64,000 bases of DNA. It comes from an uncultured Bacteroidales bacterium (GTDB lineage Bacteria > Bacteroidota > Bacteroidia > Bacteroidales > JBBRXJ01). The notes under the pieces are model-generated. The model was not told the origin of the DNA and ran no database searches. It saw only the letters and a program-made list of their open reading frames with translations. Positions within the stretch are counted from its first letter, which is position 1; each line of letters opens with the position of its first letter. Shown one piece after another: positions 25,537-34,048 of the stretch. A program made the translations under genes and the position numbers. The stretch spans positions 1,040-65,039 of the forward strand of contig CAZJWE010000002.1 in assembly GCA_964549265.1 (NCBI GenBank). Direction: 5' to 3'.

Positions 25537-26610
25537 ATGAAAAAATTATTTACAATTTTAGCAATTATTACATTAGCAGCAACTGCCTTCGCGCAATCAC
25601 CCGAAAAAATGAGTTATCAGGCAATAATAAGGGATGTTAGTAATAATATAATCACAAATCAATCGGTAGGAATGCAAATCAGCATTCTGCAAGGCTCTGA
25701 AAGTGGAAGCGCAGTTTATGTTGAAACACAAAGCCCCACCACCAATGACAACGGATTAATAAGCATTGAAGTTGGTGCAGGTAGTGTTGTAAGCGGTGAT
25801 TTCGGGACAATTGACTGGGGCAGTGGGCCATATTACATAAAAACCGAAACCGACCCTACAGGTGGAACCACATACACCATCACCGGAACAAGCCAGCTAT
25901 TGAGCGTGCCTTATGCTTTACATGCCAAAACAGCCAATGAAACAGACCCGGTTTTTGATACGTCAGTGGCAGCAGGAATTACCTCATCAGACATAACTAA
26001 CTGGAATAACAAGCTATCGGATTATACAGAAACACAAACATTAGCTGATGTTATATCATTAGGCAATTCAGCAAATGGACAGATCAAAAACGTAACAGAC
26101 CCAACAGACAATCAAGATGCTGCTACCAAAGCGTATGTTGATGGTTTAATTCCCAGTGGAGCTACAGAGTATGTATTCAGCCCTTTCACATATACAAATG
26201 TAGATGGGAATCTAATTATTGATGAAGAATTTGCTGGTTCTATAAAGGCTACAACAAGCAATTCCGGTGTTCCTTATTATCTATACATCCCACTACCTTT
26301 ACCAGCATCGGTAAAGGGGAATACACAAAAAATAACCAGTATTAAAATAACTTATCGGGTGGGGACAGCAAGCAATTATATAGATGAAACGGTCGTTCTT
26401 ATTCGTCAACATAGCTCTAATACGACGACAACAGCTATATCAAGTACAATGAATAAAACATCTACATCATGGATGTCCAGCACGACAACTCCAGGTACAG
26501 AAACAGATGTAACAGGAAATGTAGTAGTAAGATTCTTACTGAATTTTGCAGGTACAACATCAAGTGACTGGATTAGAATAGGAAGCATATCCATATATAT
26601 GACCGAATAA
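25537..26610 (+). CDS. secreted protein with tail-fibre-like motif
   Basis: Signal peptide MKKLFTILAIITLAATAFAQ. N-terminal SPEKMSYQAIIRD module. Central NVTDPTDNQDAATKAYVDGL, a motif common in phage tail fibres. AGGAGG lies 8 nt upstream. Confidence 0.6.
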   Translation: MKKLFTILAIITLAATAFAQSPEKMSYQAIIRDVSNNIITNQSVGMQISILQGSESGSAVYVETQSPTTNDNGLISIEVGAGSVVSGDFGTIDWGSGPYYIKTETDPTGGTTYTITGTSQLLSVPYALHAKTANETDPVFDTSVAAGITSSDITNWNNKLSDYTETQTLADVISLGNSANGQIKNVTDPTDNQDAATKAYVDGLIPSGATEYVFSPFTYTNVDGNLIIDEEFAGSIKATTSNSGVPYYLYIPLPLPASVKGNTQKITSIKITYRVGTASNYIDETVVLIRQHSSNTTTTAISSTMNKTSTSWMSSTTTPGTETDVTGNVVVRFLLNFAGTTSSDWIRIGSISIYMTE

Positions 26611-26643
26611 TAATGTTCGCCTATTCATAGCTATTATATTTGA

Positions 26644-26679
26644 ATGGAAGATGATTCAAAAAGGATCATCTTCCATTTT
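26644..26679 (+). terminator. rho-independent terminator
   Basis: 12-bp stem aatggaagatga(t)/(a)tcatcttccatt (26644-26655 / 26665-26676), 9-nt loop, then tttt. Confidence 0.7.
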
Positions 26680-26920
26680 CATACTTATCCTCACTACACC
26701 TCTACCTTCCTTTATTGCAGTCTTATCTATTTCAATTAACCGTATACTAATTTAGTACCCACTAGCATTTCCTTTTTGTCTCTGCTTCGTTTTGAACAAT
26801 AATATAATTCTTCACGAATTATTTGATGGTTCTATTTTTGATTATCTCTTTTAAAAATTATCTGCTTTATCCTGGTCCACATATAAATCAGACAAAAGTT
26901 CACTATTTTAGATATATCCT

Positions 26921-27316
26921 ATGCAATCAATTAAAAAAATATTCTATATCACGTTGTTCATTCTTTTCATACATGCATGTGAAGAAGATAAAAAGCAACT
27001 TGAGGTTACTGCTACTGCTTACAACTCTTATCAGTATCAAACATCTGGGAATCCGGCAATAACAGCTTGGGGAGATACATTAAAACCGGGGATGAAGTCG
27101 CTTGCCGTTTCCAGAGATTTAATTGACTCCGGACTGACATACGGAACCACGATTAAAATTGAAGGACTACCGGGTGAGTATGTTGTCCGGGATAAAATGA
27201 ACATACGATGGACCAAAAAAATTGACATTTATATGGGCCGGGATATTCACAAAGCAAGGCAATGGGGAAAACGGAAAGTAACCATTTTTTGGAAAGAAGA
27301 TGATGAGAATGAATGA
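26921..27316 (+). CDS. 3D-domain lipoprotein (MltA/RlpA-like cell-wall-binding fold)
   Basis: Lipobox-like FIHACEED. VTATAYNSYQYQTSGNPAITAWGDTLKPGMKSLAVSRDL...IKIEGLPGEYVVRDKM...IDIYMG. Confidence 0.7.
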   Translation: MQSIKKIFYITLFILFIHACEEDKKQLEVTATAYNSYQYQTSGNPAITAWGDTLKPGMKSLAVSRDLIDSGLTYGTTIKIEGLPGEYVVRDKMNIRWTKKIDIYMGRDIHKARQWGKRKVTIFWKEDDENE

Positions 27317-27358
27317 TTTCAAATTACTGTTATCTGTTCAATACAACCAAAAATTTTA

Positions 27359-27366
27359 TATCTTTG
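27359..27366 (+). promoter_or_regulatory. Bacteroidota -7 box TATCTTTG
   Basis: Exact TAnnTTTG match, 79 nt upstream of ATG 27445. Confidence 0.35.
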
Positions 27367-27444
27367 TTTTGTACTATAAAAATAATATTTTTACATTATT
27401 TTAAAAAAGTTAACATCATCTAAACTTAAATATTGTTATTAAAA

Positions 27445-28308
27445 ATGAGCTGGCTTAGGTATATTATAATTTACATTTGCAGTATGCATTTACTTTCATT
27501 ACATGCCCAAAATGCACCGGATACTGTTATCTCCAATACAATCAATGAAATACAACATACTCAAACCATTCAACATCCTGGACATCTAGCTTTTCATAAA
27601 ATATACTCGCGGGTAGATTATACTCGTACATTTTTACAACCTTTTCAACTATCTCGCCATGACCAAAATTATTATAATGCTGAATTCGGTTATTCTCTGA
27701 AAGCTTTTAATGCCGGTTTTATATACAATTATACCTCGAAATTCAATTCCTATACAAACCGGTATAGTGGCCTTGTTTCTGCAAAAATTTTATCCGGTAA
27801 ATTGACATGGTTGGTTTCAGGCGGGTTTCATTATGCTACCAAGGCCCTCAGGTTAGATCATATACTCTTTATATTTGATGAACCGGCTTTGTTCAAAGTA
27901 AAAGATATTTTTTATCATGTTTCTTTTTCTAACCTTTTTATTTACCAAAAATTATTTTTCTCAGCCACCTTTTCGGATGTTAATGACTACAATAACGGGT
28001 ACGTTCATAATTTACTAGGTTATCATTTTACCATTCATAATCTTCAATTAACGCCCGGTATTCATTATAGCCAATTGATATATGATAAATACCCTGAAGA
28101 AGATATTTATTATGATACACAGCCTCTTGCAATAAATCTTTCTGCAATCTATAAAGAATATATTGCCGGATTAAGCTTTAATGGAAATAAATATACGTTT
28201 TCAGCAGGATATCATGCATTTAAAAACATTCTATTTAACATTAATTATACAAAAACAATCTATGATTATGTGGACTTTTTTAAAATATCCCTTATATATC
28301 ATCATTAG
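27445..28308 (+). CDS. outer-membrane beta-barrel-like protein, possible PorP/SprF-type partner of the adjacent type-B CTD protein
   Basis: The track starts at TTG 27433; ATG 27445 gives signal MSWLRYIIIYICSMHLLSLHAQ. Tyr/Phe-rich strands. Adjacent to a type-B CTD gene. The canonical PorP/SprF N-terminal motif was not seen. Confidence 0.35.
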   Translation: MSWLRYIIIYICSMHLLSLHAQNAPDTVISNTINEIQHTQTIQHPGHLAFHKIYSRVDYTRTFLQPFQLSRHDQNYYNAEFGYSLKAFNAGFIYNYTSKFNSYTNRYSGLVSAKILSGKLTWLVSGGFHYATKALRLDHILFIFDEPALFKVKDIFYHVSFSNLFIYQKLFFSATFSDVNDYNNGYVHNLLGYHFTIHNLQLTPGIHYSQLIYDKYPEEDIYYDTQPLAINLSAIYKEYIAGLSFNGNKYTFSAGYHAFKNILFNINYTKTIYDYVDFFKISLIYHH

Positions 28309-28972
28309 TCTTTTGTTTGGGACAATAATTTCGTGTGAAAAAGAAATTATTAATAATAATAATGAAAAACTTAGTTATTATAATTCCGGTGATTCATCAT
28401 ATAGTCACGAAAAACCTCATTATGAGTTCGATATGAAAATAACGTATCACGGGTTAAATGATTCATTAGATGTTAGCATTTATGATCTGGCATGCTCAAC
28501 TTCTGATATTCTGAAAATAACCATATCACCACAAAACAATCCTGCCTCCTCATATCATTATGAATGGAGTCATACAGATAACTCTGTAAATCAACTAGTA
28601 GTTCGTGATAACAGGGATTATACTATAGTGGTTTCTGAAGATTCAAACAATTATGCAGTTGTATCTTTAGAATTAACAGACTATTATTCTAGTAGTCGTT
28701 GCTATGTAATCCCCACTGCTTTTTCTCCCAATAATGATGGTGTAAACGATGTTTGGGAAATTCCAGGTTTAAATGATTTATATCCTTCCTGTCAAATAGA
28801 CGTTTTTACAGAGAGTGGTGTAAGAGTCTTTAAGTCTACTGGCTACAACAAGCCATGGGATGGCACATATAAAGGGAAAAAACTGGCAGCTGGTGACTAT
28901 TATTTCAAAATTGACCTGTCACAGGGTTCGGAAGATTATTTCCTTACAGGTTCGGTTACCATTATATATTAG
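28262..28972 (+). CDS. lipoprotein-signal protein with T9SS type-B (gliding-motility-associated) C-terminal domain
   Basis: Likely start MIMWTFLKYPLYIIISLLFGTIISC (the track ORF begins at 28181). C-terminus VIPTAFSPNNDGVNDVWEIPGL...IDVFTESGVRVFKSTGYNKPWDGTYKGKKLAAGDYYFKIDL...GSVTIIY. Confidence 0.75.
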   Translation: MIMWTFLKYPLYIIISLLFGTIISCEKEIINNNNEKLSYYNSGDSSYSHEKPHYEFDMKITYHGLNDSLDVSIYDLACSTSDILKITISPQNNPASSYHYEWSHTDNSVNQLVVRDNRDYTIVVSEDSNNYAVVSLELTDYYSSSRCYVIPTAFSPNNDGVNDVWEIPGLNDLYPSCQIDVFTESGVRVFKSTGYNKPWDGTYKGKKLAAGDYYFKIDLSQGSEDYFLTGSVTIIY

Positions 28973-29199
28973 ATCAATACAGAATATATATCATAAAGAA
29001 AAAGTTATCACTCTCATAATCGTCATATCAGATTTCATGAGTCTATTTTATGATATCATAACAGGTATAGCAATGGTTGATATATTTAACAAAATTGTGT
29101 TTTTAGGTATCACTGGAGAAAATCCCAAATTCAAAGCTCAACACTGGTGATATTGCAAGATTAACCTTTTTTCCATCATTTTAAATGTTAATTTTTAAG

Positions 29200-29207
29200 T
29201 ATCTTTG
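29200..29207 (+). promoter_or_regulatory. Bacteroidota -7 box TATCTTTG
   Basis: Exact TAnnTTTG match, 20 nt upstream of ATG 29227. Confidence 0.45.
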
Positions 29208-29226
29208 AAATAAATTGCATCATCCA

Positions 29227-29826
29227 ATGCGTAAATTATATCTTTCAGTTGTTTTTATATTCATCTGTTTTCAAACATCTTCTGATTATTTAATGCCTGT
29301 GGATAGTCCCGACAGAGCTTCTGTAAATACATTGGAATTAACCGAAATCGGCCGGTTTGGTGTGCTCAGGAAGGCGCGCCCGGGAGTTCCTGCACATTAC
29401 CATACCGGTATTGATATCAAAAGGCCTTCCGGGAACTATAGCGACGAACCCATCTTCCCTATTGCCGAAGGAGTGGTAATAAGTAAACGCTGCGACGGCC
29501 CGTATGCCCAATTGATCATTGAACATGAACACAATAAAAGATTCTGGACAGTATACGAACACATTGCCGGAATATGCGTGAATGTAAATGAACCTGTTAA
29601 TCCACATACTCCCATTGCCAGGTTTATGAACAAAAACGAACTGGATCAACACGGTTGGCAATTCGATCATTTTCATTTTGAAATCCTAAAATCGCAACCC
29701 ATCCGTTTAAATGATGATGATACACATCCTGACAGGCACTATGCTTCATATACACTGGCCTGCTATACGAAAGAAAAACTCGAAAAACATTTTCATGATC
29801 CGTTTATTTTCCTTTCAAAAGAATAA
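29227..29826 (+). CDS. M23 family metallopeptidase (catalytic motifs intact)
   Basis: HYHTGIDIK (HxxxD) and FDHFHFEI (HxH). Signal peptide MRKLYLSVVFIFICFQTSS. The track start at 29215 is TTG. Confidence 0.75.
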   Translation: MRKLYLSVVFIFICFQTSSDYLMPVDSPDRASVNTLELTEIGRFGVLRKARPGVPAHYHTGIDIKRPSGNYSDEPIFPIAEGVVISKRCDGPYAQLIIEHEHNKRFWTVYEHIAGICVNVNEPVNPHTPIARFMNKNELDQHGWQFDHFHFEILKSQPIRLNDDDTHPDRHYASYTLACYTKEKLEKHFHDPFIFLSKE

Positions 29827-29841
29827 TTTTTTTTATATTTT

Positions 29842-29849
29842 TATCTTTG
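29842..29849 (+). promoter_or_regulatory. Bacteroidota -7 box TATCTTTG
   Basis: Exact TAnnTTTG match, 120 nt upstream of ATG 29969, implying a long leader if used. Confidence 0.3.
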
Positions 29850-29968
29850 TATTTAATATAGAATACAGGAATCAGAAGAAGTGTATGTTGAGTGCTCTTC
29901 TAACTTCTAAAACAAATCATCCCCCTAAACTCACACTCTATTTATGAACTTTAAAATAATATATACAT

Positions 29969-30661
29969 ATGAACCGGGCCATCAAAAAATTCATAATCGT
30001 CTTACAATTACTCTTCATGTTCTTCTTGTCGTCGTATGCCCAAAAATACACGTTATTCACCGGGTTGTCAGGTAGCCTTGGAGGAAATGTGTATCACTTT
30101 AACCCCTCCTCTATTTTTACTTATGCAGATTTTAAACCTACGGCAGCTTATTCGGTAAGCCCGGAAATTGGATATTATTTTGAAGACAATTTATTTTTTA
30201 AATCAGGGCTGATGTATGCGGTAGAGGGTTATTCCATTGCTTATAATTATATTATTCAGGATGATAATGATCCAAGCATACCTGATGAAACAACCATAAC
30301 AATATCATCATTAAGAGTGCCTATATATGTTGGCATAGACATATATAACGGACGAAACCTCCGTTTCAACCCTTCATTGGGTATTGAACCCCAATTTGTG
30401 CTCAACACAAATGAATCCACTCGTTTTATAAATGGTTCAACAAAATCCTCCAACATCATTCAAGATAATTTAAACAATTTTCTAATTGATATCATGCTGG
30501 ATATAAGCATGGAATATAAATTCAATGAAATATTTAGTTTAAGTCTTATTCCTTTCATTGGCAAAGGCATACTTAAATTAGACAATGAATACATGAGTTC
30601 CGGTAAATTTAGATATGGCTTGCAATTGGGACTGGTTTATAATGTTAAAAAATTACATTGA
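29969..30661 (+). CDS. outer-membrane beta-barrel (porin-family) protein
   Basis: Signal peptide ending SSYAQ. Alternating beta-strand pattern. C-terminal GLQLGLVYNV. Confidence 0.6.
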   Translation: MNRAIKKFIIVLQLLFMFFLSSYAQKYTLFTGLSGSLGGNVYHFNPSSIFTYADFKPTAAYSVSPEIGYYFEDNLFFKSGLMYAVEGYSIAYNYIIQDDNDPSIPDETTITISSLRVPIYVGIDIYNGRNLRFNPSLGIEPQFVLNTNESTRFINGSTKSSNIIQDNLNNFLIDIMLDISMEYKFNEIFSLSLIPFIGKGILKLDNEYMSSGKFRYGLQLGLVYNVKKLH

Positions 30662-30682
30662 TAAACCGGTCCTTTGAAATCA

Positions 30683-30880
30683 TTAACCATACGGATCATC
30701 ATCAAATTCTTCGAGTCCGGAAACGTCCCTCCAGCTTTTTTTTGAATGAGTCACATCTTTGTAATAAGGACACGGGGGTATTATTTGATGCGCTTTAATG
30801 ATAATGACTTCGCCACAATCATTGCACCTGAATTTGCCTCCCGGAACAGTTGAGCCATATTTTATGTTGTTATTATCCAT
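30683..30880 (-). CDS. small zinc-ribbon-like protein
   Basis: 65 aa with FRCNDCGEV...IIPPCPYY. Confidence 0.45.
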   Translation of the reverse strand: MDNNNIKYGSTVPGGKFRCNDCGEVIIIKAHQIIPPCPYYKDVTHSKKSWRDVSGLEEFDDDPYG

Positions 30881-30966
30881 AATGACGTTATTCTAAAAGG
30901 AAACTTCTATACATTTTATACAAGTTTTATACCTTTATTCCGTTTTCAATCAAAGAAAAAACAGCA

Positions 30967-31680
30967 ATGACAGAAAATAAAAACAACTGCCTGGTTTGTA
31001 ATGAAGAGTTGGTATATGAAAAGGAAACCAAAGAATATACATGTATGCTATGCCATGCCGTTCACCATTCTATGGTTTCATGCAAAAACGGGCATTTTAT
31101 TTGCGATGAGTGTCACTCTGCTTCGGCATATGATATCATTACACTGTCTTGCACCAGGTCAGAATCAACCAATCCTTTTGAAATCATTGAACCATTGTTT
31201 TATCATCCGGCCATTAAACTCCACGGCCCTGAACACCATTATCTTGTCCCCGCCGCTTTAATCACTGCATATTATAATGCCACAGGGCAAAAAGAACTGT
31301 TGCCCAAAAAACTAAATGAGGCATATAAGCGGTCTAAAAAAATCCTCGGCGGGTTTTGCGGATTTTATGGTACTTGTGGCGCCGGGGTAGGCACAGGCAT
31401 CTTCATCAGCTTGATCACAGAAGCCACTCCACTATCTTCAACCGAATGGCAGAAAAGCAATATGATTACTTCTAAAGCATTGTATGACATTGCAATAAAT
31501 GGCGGCCCGCGTTGTTGCAAACGTAACACAATCCTGGCTGTTTACAAAGCAGTAGAATTTGTTGAAGAACATTTTCATGTCCAGCTGACTCTTCCTGACC
31601 ATTACCAATGTAATTTTCACGAACTCAATGGGCAATGCCGAAAAGAAGATTGCCTGTATTTCCCTAAAAATACAACGTAA
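30967..31680 (+). CDS. Cys-rich putative metal-binding protein (DUF5714-like)
   Basis: N-terminal CxxC/CxxC/CxxC cluster (CLVCNEE, CMLCHAV, CDECHS) and GGFCGFYGTCGAGVGTG. The family name is from memory and was not verified. Confidence 0.45.
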   Translation: MTENKNNCLVCNEELVYEKETKEYTCMLCHAVHHSMVSCKNGHFICDECHSASAYDIITLSCTRSESTNPFEIIEPLFYHPAIKLHGPEHHYLVPAALITAYYNATGQKELLPKKLNEAYKRSKKILGGFCGFYGTCGAGVGTGIFISLITEATPLSSTEWQKSNMITSKALYDIAINGGPRCCKRNTILAVYKAVEFVEEHFHVQLTLPDHYQCNFHELNGQCRKEDCLYFPKNTT

Positions 31681-31687
31681 ACAGGGG

Positions 31688-33085
31688 TTATTTTTTTATC
31701 ACTTTCACTGTGTATGTAGAATTATCCGTTTGTATTTGCAAAAAATAAATCCCGCTTGTGAAATCACTAAAATCAATAGTCCTTTTTCCCTGTACGTCTG
31801 TAAAGCGTTGAATACATTTCCCACTTATGTCAATTATTTGCATGGATAAAATCGTATTAAAGTCATGCTTCAAGTTTAGTTCATTAACAACCGGAACAGG
31901 ATAAATATTGAATGGAATTTCTTTACTTATATTGATATTAAATGGGATAAGTCCCAAATTTTTATACCATACAACTTTGTTGTCTCCCGATGATGCAGAA
32001 ACCACATCTGTTTCACCATCATTATTAATATCTGCTGCAAAAACGGCACTTGCCCCAAAAACGTCATCATTAATAATGGTTTGATTTACAAACATTCCTG
32101 TGCCGCCTAAATTTTCATAATAAGCAATTTTTTCATCCCCGGAAGATGCTGAAAGGATATCAATATCACCATCATTATCCATATCATGTGCATCAATAGA
32201 TTTAACTTTATCAACTTCTGCTGATACAATATGAACAGAATCAAACGTGCCTTGTCCATCATTCTCATACCAAAAAAGTGAGTCTCCTCCTGAAGTCACA
32301 GAAGCGCTGCCTGAAATGACATCCTGATCGCCGTCACCATCAACATCAGCAGAATGGATTGCTAATACATCTATTAAACTACTTGAAATAATATGAGGGG
32401 GTCCAAATGTGCCTGCACTGTCGGTATTTTCATACCATTCAATTTGGTCATGGCCTGCTAAAGCGGAAAGCACATCCAAATCACCGTCGGAATCAATATC
32501 TGATGCAAACACACAACTTGCACCATACGCTGTATCATTAATAACGTTTTTGGTGCTAAAATTTCCTGCACCATCTGTATTTTCGAACCATACTATTTCA
32601 TCATCAGTGAATATAGCTGCAATGATATCATTGTCACCATCATTGTCTACATCACATGCATAAATTGAATATGTTTTGCCGCTGCTGTGAATAATTTGTT
32701 CCGTTCCAAATGACCCGGCATCATCCATATTTTCATACCAGGCAATTTTTCCATAAGAACCTGAAATAACATCATTATCATTATCCCCATCAATATCACA
32801 TGCATATACAGCACGGCCTTCCATAATATTATTGTTCAATAATCCCGAATCAACATACGTACTATCTTTATTTTTAAGCCATCCAACCTCATCATCTAAA
32901 GTCGCTGATCTGGTGATATAAATAACATCCTGTAAATCATCCCCATTCAAATCTGTTACAAATACAGATTGCACCCCACTTGCACTATCTGTAATTATTT
33001 TTGGATTATCAAATATCAATTGAGAAAATACTAATTTACTCATTACAAAAATGATACTAAAAGTAATAAAGTGTTTAAATTTCAT
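31688..33085 (-). CDS. FG-GAP/VCBS repeat protein with T9SS type-A sorting domain
   Basis: Repeated D.DGD.D.D(V/I)...WYEN units. C-terminal IYPVPVVNELNLK...IIDISGKCIQRF...SGIYFLQIQTDNSTYTVKVIKK. AGGAGG (complement of 33092-33097) lies 6 nt upstream of the ATG. Confidence 0.85.
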   Translation of the reverse strand: MKFKHFITFSIIFVMSKLVFSQLIFDNPKIITDSASGVQSVFVTDLNGDDLQDVIYITRSATLDDEVGWLKNKDSTYVDSGLLNNNIMEGRAVYACDIDGDNDNDVISGSYGKIAWYENMDDAGSFGTEQIIHSSGKTYSIYACDVDNDGDNDIIAAIFTDDEIVWFENTDGAGNFSTKNVINDTAYGASCVFASDIDSDGDLDVLSALAGHDQIEWYENTDSAGTFGPPHIISSSLIDVLAIHSADVDGDGDQDVISGSASVTSGGDSLFWYENDGQGTFDSVHIVSAEVDKVKSIDAHDMDNDGDIDILSASSGDEKIAYYENLGGTGMFVNQTIINDDVFGASAVFAADINNDGETDVVSASSGDNKVVWYKNLGLIPFNINISKEIPFNIYPVPVVNELNLKHDFNTILSMQIIDISGKCIQRFTDVQGKRTIDFSDFTSGIYFLQIQTDNSTYTVKVIKK

Positions 33086-33230
33086 CTGTTTCCTCCTAAT
33101 AAATTTTTTATTAATACAATGGTTTTTTATTCCATCTATTCAATATATAGACATTCTTTAAAAAATATTTGGCATAATTATAAGAATATTGTACGTGTTT
33201 TAAATAAATATGTTTCTTTAAAAATAGAAT

Positions 33231-33258
33231 AAAAAAAGCCGGAATTTTCATTCCGGCT
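33231..33258 (-). terminator. rho-independent terminator of hsp20
   Basis: 9-bp stem agccggaat/attccggct with a 4-nt loop. It is followed on the minus strand by a run of seven T. Confidence 0.75.
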
Positions 33259-33282
33259 CCTCTTTGTTTACTAAAATATTCG

Positions 33283-33711
33283 TTATTTCACATCTATTTT
33301 CCGTTGTGCTTTTGCTTTTTCAATTTCCTTTTTTGGAATGGCGATTTTTAATACACCATCTTTGTAATTGGCATCAATTTTTTCTTCATTTACATTGTCC
33401 GGCAAAGCAAATGTTCTTTTGAATTGTGTGTAGCCAAACTCACGGCGCACATAATTTTCTTCTTCCTGCTTATCTTCCTGTTCCTTTTCAGCAGAAATGG
33501 TAAGCATGTTGTCGGTGACATCAATGTTAAAATCTTTTTTCTCCATACCCGGAGCAGCTACATCTACTTCATATTGTTTTTCATCCTCACTTACATTCAC
33601 TGCCGGTACAGTGTAATCATTGAATGCGCTTTTGTTTCTTACATAATTATCATTGAAAAAACGATCCAATAAATCCGGAAAATCAAAGCCTGTGTTTATT
33701 CTTGGTAGCAT
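33283..33711 (-). CDS. Hsp20/alpha-crystallin small heat-shock protein
   Basis: VNVSEDEKQYEVDVAAPGMEKKDFNIDVTDNMLTISAEKE...FKRTFALPDNVNEEKIDANYKDGVLKIAIPK. Confidence 0.9.
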   Translation of the reverse strand: MLPRINTGFDFPDLLDRFFNDNYVRNKSAFNDYTVPAVNVSEDEKQYEVDVAAPGMEKKDFNIDVTDNMLTISAEKEQEDKQEEENYVRREFGYTQFKRTFALPDNVNEEKIDANYKDGVLKIAIPKKEIEKAKAQRKIDVK

Positions 33712-34014
33712 AGTTCTACCCTCCTTTCTTTTTGATTATACAATAAATATTTATTTTTTTATTTTCAAAATTTATGCCAAAGCAGAGGGTTCGTCTATAT
33801 GATTATAATTTTTGTTTATTAGTGCTTTATTGGCAAAAATATGTTTTGCCAATATCATGGCTTAACATATCTTGCATTCTGTCATTTTGTCATGCTTCCT
33901 GTCAGTTCTTTCTATTTGCAAAATAAATACGGTTTTCAAGCGTTTTAGCTAATCATTTAAATTAATTATTTTTCATTATATGGTAAATTTTGAATGATAA
34001 TTGATAACAATTAT

Positions 34015-34022
34015 TAAATTTG
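34015..34022 (+). promoter_or_regulatory. Bacteroidota -7 box TAAATTTG
   Basis: TAnnTTTG match, 27 nt upstream of ATG 34049. Confidence 0.4.
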
Positions 34023-34048
34023 TTTTTTACATTATTAACAATTGCATC

